In this document: positions 1-13,468 of the stretch, in pieces
How positions within the stretch are numbered: the first letter of the stretch is position 1
How the letters are laid out: each line of letters opens with the position of its first letter
Source: Felis catus
Lineage: Eukaryota
Assembly: GCF_018350175.1 (NCBI RefSeq)
Contig: NC_058373.1
Location: 102,054,001-102,118,000, forward strand
DNA length: 64,000 bases
Reading direction: 5' to 3'
Program-made: the position numbers and the translations under genes
The notes under the pieces: model-generated
What the model was told of the DNA's origin: nothing
The model's input: only the letters and a program-made list of their open reading frames with translations
The model's database searches: none

Positions 1-754
1 CTCCAAGATTTTTAAGTAATATTACTGCCATGCATAGCTTATTAAAATCCTTAGTCATACAAGAAAACCCTGAAAGTAAAACAAAGTTATTTCTTAAAGA
101 ACAAAAGAATTATCAAACAGAAGCATTCATTTTCTCTGACAAAGAATGAGAGCATCCCCATTCTAAGTTGTGACAACTACCATATGGCACATGTTAAAAG
201 CTGATCCTCAAGTTAGGCTAAGTTAGTGTCTGGGTCCATTACTAAGTAGCTGTTGGACCTTGGAAAGACTATTCTTTGCCTCAGTCTTCTAAGCTGTAAA
301 ATGGACATGAAAAAAGCATCTACATTTTCAGGAGTATCCTGAGCATTAAATGAGATAATCCACATGTTTTTAGAAGTACGCAGGTGGATTAAGTAGTAGT
401 TGCTGTTATTACTGTTACTATAATTAAGGTTGAGGGAGTGGCTAAACTATGTGTCCCATGCACACTAATATACATCAGAATTTAAAAAGCAATAATTTGC
501 TTCTAGGAGACAGACTACAGAAAAGGAAAAAATAGTAACTTTACACCGAGGAAACCTGGAACCAAGTGATCCAGTTTAACTCTACCAGTAATAAGACACA
601 GTAATAACATGTAGCTTCTGGTAAAATATGAAAAGGGCACATCACCTTTGTGGTGTTCTTCCCCCGAAGTGTGTGACTGTAGTCTAATTACTAGACAAAC
701 TGAGGGACATTCTGCAAAATACCTCAACAAGCACTCTTTTAAAATGACAGGGGG

Positions 755-975
755 GTAAGGCGGTGTGTGGGTGGCTCAGCTGGTTGAGCAAATGACTCTT
801 GATTTTGGCTCAGGTCATGATCTCATGGTTCATGGGACCAAGCCCTGCATTGGCAAGGCACTGAGCATGGAACTTGCTTGGGATTCTCTCTCTTCCTCTC
901 TCTCTGCCCCTCCCCTGCTCATTCACACTTTCTCTCTCTCAAAATAATAAACATTAAAAAAAAAAAAAAAAAAAA
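755..975 (+). mobile_element. Can-SINE (SINEC) inserted in an old L1 remnant
   Basis: tRNA-like head gggtggctcag, (CT)n tract, A tail. Confidence 0.9.
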
Positions 976-1109
976 CCAGAGAGATGGAAAGACTGAATTG
1001 TCACAGATTGGAGGAGACTAAAGAAACATGAAGACTAAATGCACTGGAAAAACTAAATTCCACACAAAGTCTATAGTTTATAGTATTGTACCAATATTAA
1101 TTTGTTAAA

Positions 1110-1315
1110 TATTTTTAAAGTTTATTTATTTTTGACAGTGTGTGAGAGCGTAAGCTGGGGAGGGGCAGAGAGAGAGGGTGAGAGAGGAACCCAAGCAGGC
1201 TCCGCACTTCAGCACAGAGCTGGACGTGGGGATCGAACCCATGTCCTGTGAGATCATGACCTGAGCCAAAATCAAGGATCGGACATTTAACCAACTGAGC
1301 CACCCAGGCGCCCCC
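1110..1315 (-). mobile_element. Can-SINE
   Basis: Reverse SINE ending ...gagccacccaggcgcccc. Confidence 0.9.
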
Positions 1316-1439
1316 CAATATTAATTTCTTAAGAAATGATAACTATACCATGGGCCATAGGAGAGGTTAACATTTGAGGAAGCTGGGGCAATGGTATATA
1401 GAAACTCTCTGTACCATCTTTGTAAGTATTCTGGTAAGT

Positions 1440-2150
1440 CTAATGTCACTTCAAAATAAAAAGGAAAAAAAAGCAATAGGACAATGCCCATCAACTGGAA
1501 TGTATAAACAATAGAGCACTATTCTGCAATAAAATAGAATAACTACTTATATATGTACTAATATGGCTGAATCTTCAAAGAATTATATACATAGTGAAAG
1601 AAGTCATATACATTCACACAAAAAAAGTATGTATGAAATTCTAGGAAAGAGAAGTATAGTTAGAGAAAGCAGACAGATGGTTTAGCAGGGACCAGAGGGG
1701 TGAGAGGATTGGCTGCAAAAGGGTAGAAGAAAACCTTTTTGGGTGATGGAAAGAGTCTATACCTTCATTGTACTGGTGGTTGCACAACTGTATGTATTTG
1801 TCAAAATTCAAATTGTACACATGACGTTGTTGAATTTTATTGAATTTAAGTTATCCCTTAGTAGAGCTAACTTTTTAAAATAATCTTAAAAGAATATAGA
1901 ATAACATGCAACCTTTTGTGTAAAGAAAGTGGAATGGGGGGAGATATAAACACATATATGCTTATCTTCAAAAAGAAACACTAGGAAAATAAATCAAAAA
2001 ACGAATAAAAATGATTATGCATAAAGGACTAAGAAAGCAGGAGAGAAGGGATATGGATAGAAGTGAGACATCTTTAAATATGATTTGTTACATAGTTGAC
2101 TTTGAAATCATGTAAATGTTTTACATACTTAAAATTAAGCCAAAAAGAAA
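1440..2150 (+). mobile_element. Old L1 (L1MC/ME-type) 3' UTR remnants
   Basis: Typical L1M 3' motifs such as 'gggtgatggaaa...ctatacctt...tgtactggtggttgcacaact'. Confidence 0.6.
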
Positions 2151-2688
2151 AAAACCCAGTGACCCCCATAAATCTTAATGGTTTGTGGTAATGGAACAAT
2201 ATTATGTTGCCTATGTCCCATTTCGTGAAAGTGAACCCAGACTATAAACTTGACCTAGCTGAATCATTTTTCTTCAATAATGAAGTTTCCCTGCTATATT
2301 TATTTATGTTTTGCTCCAACATATCTGAAAGCTACCATCTGTGGCTAATAAGAACAAAACACTATCACAGATTGTTTTAATTTCCTGCCTGTTATCAGCA
2401 GCAAGAAGGTAACCCTGGAAACAAGGATTTATGGCATTCTGTTTCCTACTCTTGGTCATAACCAACAAAGAAAACTGAAGGGGCCTCCAAAAGTTGAAGG
2501 TTTGTCTATTACAATACCACACAAAGAAAAATGTAAAGGTATACCTTGCTCGTGTCATTAATGATTAAGCAATGACAACAAATAACCCTGCTGGGCAGCG
2601 ATCCCTTAAGTAGTTAATCCCTTCCTGAAAGTACAGTTAGTCAGGTCCACAATAGGAGCCCATGTACCTGTTTAAGCACCCCTGGAAG

Positions 2689-2860
2689 CAGGGTGCTTCT
2701 CAGACTCCCCCAGGGGGCTTGTCCAAACACAAATCACTGGACCCCAGTCCCAGAATTTCTGATTTAGTAGGTCTGGGTGGGAATGAGAATTGACATTTCT
2801 AACAAGTTCCCAGAAGATGCTAATTCTCCTGGTCTGGGAACCATACTTTGAGAGCCCCTG
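2689..2860. mobile_element. MER5A-like hAT-Charlie MITE
   Basis: CAG...CTG termini (cagggtgcttctca / tgagagcccctg) and internal 'tctgatttagtaggtctgggtggg...catttctaacaagttcccag'. Confidence 0.75.
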
Positions 2861-2864
2861 TATT

Positions 2865-3097
2865 TTTTTTTTTTTGTAGATTTTTTATCTAAACGTTTAT
2901 TCATTTTTGAAAGGCAGAGAGAGACAGAGTGGAAGTGGGGGTGGGGAAGTGAGAGAAGGAGATACAGAATCCAAAGCAGATCCCAGGCTCTGAACTGTCA
3001 GCACAGAGCCTGACGTGGGGTTTGAACTCACCAACTGTGAGATCATGACCTGAACTGAAGTCTGACACTTAACCCACTGAGCCACCCAGGCACCCCT
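2865..3097 (-). mobile_element. Can-SINE with TSD gcccctgtatt
   Basis: Flanking direct repeat and SINE body. Confidence 0.9.
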
Positions 3098-3494
3098 GGG
3101 CCCCTGTATTAAAGTTGTATTCATGTTTTGTGCTGCTACACAGAATCTTCACACCTTCAAAATGCTCCTACTCAAACATAGCAATATAAGAAACACAGAA
3201 CTGCTTCTGCCATGGTGAAAGGGGGTAGGAGTAACAGGAAACCTCTGGGAGAGATTCCCCACAAAAGAAAAATTCTATCTAATGGAATTTCTTTTTAACG
3301 AATGGTAATAGGAATTAGCATTATCTAGGATGTCTGGTGATCAGCACTAAAATTTAGAGATCTCTGAGGAAGCCAGAATTTCACACCTGATGCAGCTTCC
3401 TGGAGAACAGCATTAATAGACAATGGAAGAAGGCTTGGAACATTGAATGTACATCCACCCTAACAGATAAGAAAGAGAATGGGGTCTGCCTACC

Positions 3495-3710
3495 GATTTA
3501 TTCGAAAAAATTGTTTTTCAGTTTATTTATTTTGAGAGAGAGAGCACGAGCAGGGGAGGAGCGGAATGAGAGGGAGAGAGAGAACCCAAAGTAGGCTCTG
3601 TGCTCTCAGCACAGAGGCTGATGTGGGGCTTGAACCCACAAATGGTGAGATCATGATCTGAGCTGAAATCAAGAGTCAGACACTGAACCAACTGAGTCAC
3701 CCAGGCGACC
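3495..3710 (-). mobile_element. Can-SINE
   Basis: SINE body with TSD-like tctgcctac. Confidence 0.88.
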
Positions 3711-4645
3711 TATCTGCCTACTGACTTTAGAACTAAGACAGCAAAACACAGTGACAACTAATAAGCAGGAAAAGTTTCTTTGCTCTTGGCTGGAATTAAA
3801 TCAACTTAAGGGGCTAACAGCCACCCTGACTTAGTGGAGAAAGGTCTGAATTACTGGCCCAAACCCCTCAACATCAGAGCTGTCTCAACCAGCACTGGGC
3901 ACTTACGTCATATACCTCCTGGTACCACCGTTATGTCTGTAATTTCTCCCAACCTTGGAGGCAGGCATTGTAGCTTAAGACTTTATGAAGTTTCAGCACA
4001 GTACCCTATATGCCATTCACAGAGCCAGAATTAAACGCAAATTTTCCATTTTATCCAATTAATATGTCAGTCTCTACCCTGTGATTTACTTCCTTAAGAC
4101 AGATTTCAAAGAAAGGACTCCAAAAAAACTGATGTGGCCAAGGGAACAGAAAAAATATTATTGCAGCATTATTGGTAATAGCAAAATTAGGGATTTAAAT
4201 GGACATCAGAAGAATGATTACACAATCTGTGTAGAGTGATGTAATAAAATATGGCCCAGCCATGAAAGTCAGTGAATCTAAGCTGAATTTATTATTTCCT
4301 GAAACAATGTCCAGTGAAAAAAGCAAGTATTAGAGGCAATAGCAGATACACACAGTAATATCCTTTAAATGAAGTGGAAGCAAAAACCACATGTTGTTTA
4401 TGGACATACATATGAAATAAAAGCACAAAAATAGGCATGAGAGTAGAGATCAAATTCAGGATAGCGGTTAACTCTGTGAGGGAGGGGAACAGGATCAGAA
4501 AGAGGTATCTATGAAACTTATCTGTATTTTCCAAAGCAATTATAGCAAAATGTTAATATTTATTAAAACCAGATGAATGTCGGTTAAACTAATTCTTTGT
4601 CCTTTTTCTTATATATTTGATGCATTTCATTAATTAAAAAAATTT

Positions 4646-4845
4646 GGAGCGCACCTGGGTGGCTCAGTCAGTTAAATGTCTGACTCTGGGTTTCAGATCA
4701 GGTCATGATCTCACAGTGTACAAGTGCGAGCTCACATCGGGCTCCGTGCAGAGCCTGCTTGGGATTCTCTCTTTCCCTCTCTCTCTGGCCCCTCCCCTGC
4801 TTATGCTCTCTCTCTCAAAAATAAATAAACGTTTTAAAAAATGTT
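4646..4845 (+). mobile_element. Can-SINE
   Basis: SINE body. Confidence 0.88.
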
Positions 4846-5545
4846 TAAAATTGTTTTAATTGCGTTATTCATGTACATGCTGGTGTTCTGGGTTTTTTTC
4901 CTGGGGGAGAAAAAAAAGCAAAAACCCTTTAGTTACCTTTGCATAGAAGTTCTGATGCTAGAGTGGCATTACACAGGAAAGACCGAGCCTGCTTCATGTA
5001 ACACTGCAAACTCCAGAAACTTCCCTTGATCACACTCTGCAATTAAAACAAAGACTTCTTCTGCCTTCAGTGTGGCATTAAAACATTTTGCATTCTACTC
5101 CTGTTTGAAAAATTTGTCCTACAAGTAAGGGCAATGTTAAATTAAAAGACGGAAGAAAATCACCCTCTCTGCCTTCATTTCCATCATGATGGTGCACCTC
5201 TTGTTAGCACTTCCAACACGCATAGCTTCTTGCACTTAACAAGATAGAGCGAACATTTGTAAAACTTGGCCGAAATAAGCATGAACTCAAACATTCCACA
5301 GACTGACATAGGTGGAAACTAAGATGACTTTAGACAACCATTCATACCATCTGGAGTAGGCAGAGCTGTGGCACAGCTCTGATATGCTCTGTGAACTTAT
5401 TTCATAAACTGCGAATTTGTCAGCAGGAAAGATCCAATGCATTGCAGAGAAAGTAAAAGTTTGGTTATTTTGCAAATTTTCATTTCTGTCATCCCTGGCA
5501 GAGATAAATTCCCATGCTGCTTGTAAGCAATTAAAATATAGCCAA

Positions 5546-5853
5546 GGGGCTCCCGGCTGACTCTGTCACTAGAGCATGTGACTCTTGATCTCATGGTTGT
5601 AAGTTTGAGACCCATAGTAGGTGCAAGGATTACTTAATATCTTAGAAAATAAACAGGAGCACCTGGATGGCTCAGTTGGTTGAGTGTCAGACTCTTAATT
5701 TTGGCTCAGGTCATGATCTCACAATTCGTGGGATCAAGCCCAGCATGGGATTCTGTGCTTAAGTGTGGAGCCTGCTTGGGATTCTCTCTCTCCCTCTCTC
5801 TCTCAAAATAAATAAGCTTCAATAAGTTAATAAATGAATAAAAATTAAAAAAT
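5546..5853 (+). mobile_element. Short tRNA-like Can-SINE followed by a full Can-SINE
   Basis: Two SINE heads (5546 and ~5656), with the pair flanked by aaaatatagccaag. Confidence 0.85.
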
Positions 5854-5867
5854 AAAATATAGCCAAG

Positions 5868-6590
5868 ACAACATGGATGGATCTTGAAAGCATTATGCTA
5901 AGTGAAATAAGTCAGAGAAAAACAAATATTGTATGCTGTCACTTACATATAGAATCTAAAAAAAGCCAACCTCTTAGAAACAGAGAGTAAAATAATGGTT
6001 ATAAGGGGCTGGGAGGGTGGGAAAGATGGGGAGATGTTAGTCAAAGAATACATACTTCCAGTTAAAGATGAATAAATTCTGGAGATTTAATACACAGTAT
6101 TTTTTTAAGTTTTTTTTTTTTTAAGTTTATTTATTTTTGAGAGAGCGAGAGAGAGAAGAGAAGGGACAGATGATCCTAAGCAGGCTCTGTGCTGACAGCA
6201 GACAGCCTGATGCAGGGCCTAAACTCATAAACCGTGAGATCGTGACCTGAGCCAAAGTCAGACACTTAACTGACAGTCACCCAGGCACCCCACAGAGTAT
6301 TTCCTTTTTTAATGCACACCTTTTTTATTACAGTTAATGATACTGTATTACATACTTGAAAGTTGCTAAGACAGTAGATCTTAAATGTTTTCATCACAAA
6401 AAAGAAACAGTGATTTTGTGATGTGATGGATATATTACCTACCTATGGTGGTAATCACATTCCAATATACACGTGTATTAAACCAACATGTTGTACACCT
6501 TATGTGTATTAAACCAACATGTTGTACACCTTGAATTTACACAATGTTGCATGCCAACTTTTTTCTCAATAAAACTGTAAAAAAAAAAAA
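5868..6590 (+). mobile_element. L1MA-type 3' end, interrupted by a minus-strand Can-SINE (~6100-6291)
   Basis: 'acaacatggatggatcttgaaagcattatgctaagtgaaataagtcag' through 'ctcaataaaactg' plus A tail. Confidence 0.85.
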
Positions 6591-6654
6591 AATGTAGCCA
6601 AGGCTATTGAAATAAATGTACTGGTTGTGTTAAAAATAGTACTAATATGCATCC

Positions 6655-6861
6655 TTTTTTTTCCATCTTTATTTTTGAGAGAGAGAGAGACAGAGCATGA
6701 GCAGGGGAGGAACAGAGAGAGAGGGAGACATAGAATCCAAAGCAGGCTCCAGGCTCTGAGCTGTCAGCACAGAGCCCCATGTGGGGCTCAAACTCACCAA
6801 CCACGAGATCATGACCTAAGCTGAAGTTGGATGCTCAACTGACTGAGCCACCCAGGCACCT
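6655..6861 (-). mobile_element. Can-SINE
   Basis: SINE body. Confidence 0.9.
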
Positions 6862-9800
6862 CTTGATGTGCCTCCTTTATTTGCCAAATGCAATCCTGGA
6901 AAGCTGTTCCCATCCTCTTAGCTGGGCTTCTCATGAACATAATGTCTGTTGCTGAGGGCATGTTCTCACATGATAACATAACCAAGACTTTTTCCTAATT
7001 ACAACAGTGTTTGTTGTAGTTTATTTATAAGATATTGAAGTACTGAAATAAGAAAATAGAAGTACACAAATTGCTCTACCTAAACACCATTACTTAACTG
7101 GCCCCTAGAAAACCACATACACGCAGTGGTTCAAAAAGCATAACAGTAAATTAGAAAAGATGAAGTTTAAAAGTCTAGAGACCCAAGTTCTCATTTGGAC
7201 TTTGTATGGACTGTGACCTGGGCTACAGGATCGCCACAGGTAAGAGAATGGTTTTTGGAGAAGGAATTTAACAGGACTCCCAGGTTCTTGGCTTGTACAA
7301 CTCTAGGGATGTTGGAAATCAATGCCAAATTACAACACAAGTTATCCACCCACTCCTACTGGTCAGTCACCTTTTGAGATGCGCAAAGGTACTGGGTAGT
7401 GGCTTTCAGTACTGAGGTAGGGAAAAGCACCTGTTTTAAACTATTCAGATTTTTTTAAGGATAAAACTCAAGGCTATCAATCCTATACATTATTAACTCC
7501 CAAAGTTATCCAAGCCTCCAAGCCTAAGAACTTCCTTCTGGTCTCGGTTTACTACTCTGAAAATTTGTGGTAGACAAAAATTAGAGCCTTAAAAGGCTAT
7601 CTAAGGAAAGAAATGAGTGTATTCAAGGAGTCATTTAAAAAAAAGGATGCACACTTGCCAAATATAGTCTTTTAATTGGATAACTTTGTATATCTTTCAC
7701 AATCCAGCTGTTAAACTGTAAATGGAATTTACAAAACAGATGGTGGTAACAAGGTCTGGTTCACAGCAGTTCTAAAGAAAGCACACACCAATCTGATAAA
7801 CTATCCATTTGCTTCAGAAGCCTTTAATAGGCTCATCCTTTATCATCCTACATTCACTTATGCCAAGAGATATCATACAGATGGATGTTATAGAACCATC
7901 TGTAATCCTATCCAACAAATAAGTACCAGCAGGGTGTGCAAGCCACCATCATTACTGACAAATGATTAAGGGAAAAGGGATCACGCTTTAGAACAGTGGA
8001 TCCCACATATGGCCAATCATAGGGAGCTTTGGAAAATACAGCTTCTCAAGCTACCCTGAAAAACCTGATTCACTAGCTGTTGGGGTGAAACCAGGATTAT
8101 TAAATCTTTTAAAAACCCAAGCAATTCTGATGACCAGTTGGGCTGGGAGCATAGGCTTTTGAGAGAGGTTGAGGGTTAAAAATGGACCCACTACTGGCCT
8201 TAATTTGCTGTTTAGCAAGGTTGAACAGTTGGCAATGTTAATTCCCCACCACAAACCCTCACTATAGTCATCAACTCAGAGGATGACAATTCCTGTGGAA
8301 CACTGTGAGGTCTGCACACCAGCTGGGGAAGGAGGCTTGGAACAGAGAGTGAGATTGGATGGTGAGGTGGGGAACAGGATGGGGAGATTAGGCAAAGAAG
8401 CTGGAGCCAACTTTCCAGAGGTCCAGTGAAAAGTAAAGGAAGGAGGACCTCACATAAGAAAATTACATCCATATCTTAGAAAAATATCAGCCATTTGAGA
8501 AACCAGTTGGGTCCTACATATCACCAGCTCACTATAAATCAGTTTCAAGGATAACATGATCAAGTTTTCATGGGAAGTTCTGTACTAGTTTCTGAGCTGG
8601 ACACAAATATATCAAACATGACCTCAAGAAACTTAAGATCTGGGGAAATAAGAAAATAAGTGAAGGGAATTAAGAGTACACTTATCCTGAGAAGCACCGT
8701 AATGTACAGAATCATTGAATCAGTATTTGTACACCTGAAACTAATATAACACTGTCCATTAATTATATTAGAATTTTTTAAAAACTCAGCCCCCCAAAAT
8801 GGAAGGCATGCCTAGAAGCTAAACTATAGAAGCAATAGCTTATATAAAGGAAATATTATAAGCTGGAAGAAAACATACGGCTATATTGAGCATAAAAATT
8901 TGATCCAGGCCTTAAGGACAGATTGAAGGAAAGGAAGGGAGGGTTTTCCAGAGGGGGTAAGGAAGAGAGATATTATAGGAAATGAAATACAGAAATACAG
9001 GAAACAACAAAAGGTAGAGTTGACTGCCTGAGTGGGTCTATGCATTCAGCAGAAACAGATGCCCTTCTATTTCTGAGCACATAAAATTGAATTTTACATT
9101 TCGCTCATGACTTCTTTCAAGTCCTGTCTTACTCTGCAGTCGTCAAAACAGTTATCATCCCCCATTTTACAGATGAGCAAACTGATGCTCTATCTGGAAA
9201 CATTAAGTGCCTGCTAAAGAAGAGTGTACCTGTTGGCATGAAGAGCTGGATTTTGACCCCCTGTCTTCTGACTTACACATGAGAGCCTTATCACCAGCCA
9301 CCACGAGTCTGAACCTGACCTGTGAGAACAAGGGACTCCAGGGGGAGAGCCCAGAGGCAAGGAACCAGAGTCAGAAGTTGCTGCACTTCAGTCAGCCATG
9401 AGGTGACAGGCCTAAAGCCAATGACAGCAAAGGAAACAAAGAGAACAAATCTGAGGTTTTAAAATAAAAGTAATATTAGTGATAAACACGGGGGTTGAAG
9501 AAGAGAAGTGTCAAGGTACCTGCCAGCTCAAGAGAACAGACAGAAAGAATGGCTTGATACCCAGAGGCTGCCAGAGCCCAGAGCTGGTGCACACTGGTTG
9601 CAAAATACTGTTTTACCAACTATTTATTTGGTTTATATGAGGAAAAATTCTGTAATTTAATGCTACTTTGACCTTTACTTTTTGAAATGAAACTGGAACA
9701 GTTCAGGGGAAAGGAGAATCCCATTAAATCTTCAAACTAATAAAAAGGCTTGAGGGAAAAAAAAAAAAAAAAAAAAAAGAACCTCTCTATAGAAGTTTAT

Positions 9801-11215
9801 CCTAGGAAACCAGTAAAGAATCGCTTTTACAAACCAACCACAGTCTTTAAATCCTCAAGATCCACATATTTTATGTCTCTTGGTGTGATATGGTGTGAAG
9901 AAAATAGCATTCTTGCTAAAATGGTTTTCCTGGAATGTAATCAAGTCTTTAGACCTAACTTCCACTTCCAGGAATATGAAAGAGATAGAAACAAGTTAAA
10001 TGAAAACAAGAAGAAAACAAGCAGACAAATCCCAAAGGTGGAAGATCTTATAGGACACTGAGAATTGGATAAATCAGTGTCACAGGGTGGGGGAGAGGAA
10101 AACAAGAAATCTTCTAGATTAAAACCTAACAATCAAATACAAATATATGGATCTTGAGTGGGTCCTAGTTTAAACAAGTCATGAGTAAAAGACATTTGGG
10201 GCAACTGGGGGTGCAGAATTAGGTATTAATTCTACTGTTATGAATGTAGATTAGGTATTAAAACATACGAAGAAATTAATAGTTAATTTTGCTAAGGACA
10301 CTGTAAGTGGTTAAGAAGAAAAACACTTTCTAAGGTGAGATTTCACCTCTAAATACAGGGCTCTGATTTGTTCTCTGTAAAATAGACCATGCCAATGTGG
10401 CAAAATGTTAATTTTGAATCTAGGTAGTAAGTACATAGCTGTCCATTATACAATTTTGTCTATGTTTGTGTTTGAAAATTTTATACAAAAAAATCAAAAG
10501 TAAAATAAAATGTCACAATCCTGACAGAAAACACTGTTTCCTTGTTATTACTGTGCTGCCAAATAATCCAACAATCCCTCTTCTAATTGATATGAAACCT
10601 TATTAACAGACTAACACCTCAAGAGCTAGTAGGACTAGCAATTGCTTTTTCTTCTACAAGTATCTACAATACTCCGAGGAAAAAGTCCTTAAATAAGGGC
10701 TTTGTCTAATCAAAGGGGCCATAGGTTAGAAGACCACAGCATGAAGAACCTTTTCAAAACTGTGTGTGACAAGAAAAAGAGAGATGTGTTACCATAGAAA
10801 CTTCTGTGTGGCTTAAACATTCCAAAGGAAATCAGCACCCCTAGCAATGAAAGAAGCCTGAGATTCTTAGTAGGACCTCACCTGTCAGCTGCTGGAAGTC
10901 AACACAGCGAGCGATGAGGCAATACTGACAAGCACACCCATAGTACAAAGACTCCTAGTCCAACTGCCCCTCCCTGTAGACCAGACCCAGAAAGCCTTGC
11001 AAGGGACTTGTCTAGGGTCATAAACTACTTAGTGGGGATGCTGTGACTAGTCCAGACTAGTTGTTCTTCCCATTATACCAGGATGAGTTTGTTGATGCAC
11101 TAAAATAGTTTAAGAAACACCAAAAGGACCTTGGGATTGTATCAGTGAACACAGTTTCTAACACACTAACTATAAAGCTGAAACACTTGACTCTCTTATA
11201 AAGTACTGCACTTGT

Positions 11216-11415
11216 GGGGTGCCTGGGTGGCTCAGTCGGTTGAGCTCCCAACCTCCGCTCAGGTCATGATCTTGCAGTTTGAGAGTTTGCTGACAGCTCA
11301 GGGCCTGGAGCCTGCTTCAGATTCTTTGTCTCACTCTCTCTCTGCCCCTCCCCTACTTGCACAAGCACTCTCTCTCTCAAAAATAAATAAACATTAAAAA
11401 AAAATTTAGAAATAA
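11216..11415 (+). mobile_element. Can-SINE with TSD-like taaagtact(g/t)cacttgt
   Basis: SINE body and flanking repeat. Confidence 0.88.
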
Positions 11416-11671
11416 TAAAGTACTTCACTTGTAAAGAGCCCCACCCTCAACTTATGTTGGTAGTGGAGGAATAGAAAGAAATGGATATCAAAATGAAAGC
11501 AAAAAACAGCATGGAATAAGCACGACCTCCACTGAGGCAAAGCAAGGGCACTAGCAGCTGGAAGCTGTATGCTAAGCACTTAGTGCTGCTGAAAGGCAAG
11601 TTTTCCTGGTGGCGATCAGTGGCACACCTCCAGGATTGCCTGTGCATTAACAAAATATTTAATATATATTG

Positions 11672-11678
11672 AATACAT

Positions 11679-11731
<53 letters not shown>

Positions 11732-11927
11732 ATGTTTTTATTTATTTTTGAGACAGAGCATGAGCAGGGGAGGGGCAGAGAGAGAGAGAGGGAGACACAG
11801 AATCCAAAGCAGGCTCCAGGCTCTGAGCTTCAGCACAGAGCCTGACGCAGAGCTTGAACTCACGGACTGTGAGATCGTGACCTGAGCTGAAGTCGGACGC
11901 TTAACCAACTGAACCACCCAGGCGCCC
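11672..11927 (-). mobile_element. Can-SINE whose tail has expanded into a (TA)n microsatellite
   Basis: (TA)n at ~11685-11727 abuts the SINE tail. Confidence 0.88.
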
Positions 11928-12781
11928 TCAAAAGCACTTATATTTTGAAGGGGTAGTCAATAAGTTCTTTGGCAAAGTCCCCAATATCAGTTAAATTCCA
12001 GCACCTACCACCTTCGTTGCTGCTCATGAACCACTTACCATAAAATAGATACGATTGCATTTGAAGCTATGTTATTAAGAACTTCCTTGTTTGGGACATT
12101 TGTCAATGGCCTCTGTTGAACTGGGTTCTGATTCCTATTTAGAAAAATAAACACTCATCTATGTACATAAAACATATCATACCTCAGAGCAAGAATCATA
12201 TGTTCCTGGCAAAGCTCTTCACTGAAACAGCACTTGGACCAACTGGATCTCAAAAGACTTCAATGCAGAAACTCAGCAATGGGCAATTTACTCACCTAAA
12301 ACTGCTTTGTTGTTCAGACTCTAGAGAGGCAATGGCTGTTAATAAATGGGTGGTGGGGTGGGGATCTTCATGGTGAGCAACCAAAACCAAAAAAAGATAG
12401 TGAAAAAAAAATTAGAGGAAGAGAACAACAGATAAAAAGGGCCAAATATTTCAGACAAACACGGCTTGGGTAGAATGTCTCCCTCGATCTACAGCTCCAT
12501 TGTGGGAAGAGACACAGTGGTTCTTCAAGCTAGACTGTGCACTAAACTAAAATACTAAACCTCTCATGAGGGGACAGTGATGCAACAGAAGAAAAAAAAT
12601 GCAGGCAAGAGGATGGAATACTACAAAACTTCAAATCATGGTGAGGAAAGACCAGAAAAAATCAGTTAAGTATTTCAGCAGGAAGTGATCTATTCAATTT
12701 ACTAAAATTACACTGGCAGTAATGGACTGGAGCAGAACAAGCTAGGCGGCAAGGCAACCAGTTAAGAAGTCACTGTACTAC

Positions 12782-12950
12782 GGGGTGCCTGGGTGGCTCA
12801 GTTAAGCATCCGACTTTGGCTCAAGTCATGATCTCACAGCTTGTGAGTTCAAGGCCCGTGTTGGGCTCTGTACTGGCAGCTGACAGCCTGGAGCCTGGTT
12901 CAGATTCTGTGTCTCGCTCTCTCTCTGCCCCTTCCTCGCTCGCATGCTAC

Positions 12951-12981
<31 letters not shown>

Positions 12982-13005
12982 AAAAATAAACAAACATTAA
13001 AAAAA
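12782..13005 (+). mobile_element. Can-SINE with TSD aagtcactgtac
   Basis: Direct repeats on both sides. Confidence 0.9.
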
Positions 13006-13251
13006 AAGTCACTGTACCTCTGGTAAGAGATGACAAAGAATCAGAAGTGAAGACAAAGTCTAGAGATACTCGAGAAGTACAAGAGCCAGGACACGAAGCA
13101 CAGGTAACCCAAGAGATTAATAAGAAGTTAGAATCACAAATAAACCAACCAACCAGATTATAAAGACTAGACCGAATAGCCCAACTAGCAACATGCATTC
13201 AAGTAAAGTTCATAGAAGGGCTGGGTGGCCAAATGGACTTTTAAAACATTA

Positions 13252-13468
13252 GGGGTGCCTGGGTGGCTCAGTCAGTTAACCATCCAACTTTGGCTCAGGT
13301 CATGATCTCATGGTTTGTGAGTTCAAGCCCTGAGTCAGGCTCTGTGCTGACAGCTCAGAGCCTGGAGCCTGCTTTGGATTCTGTGTCTCCCTCTCTCTCT
13401 GCCCCTCTCCTGCTTGTGCTCTGTCTCTGTCTCTCAAAAAAATAAATAAATGTAAAAAAAATTTTTTT
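13252..13468 (+). mobile_element. Can-SINE
   Basis: SINE body. Confidence 0.9.
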
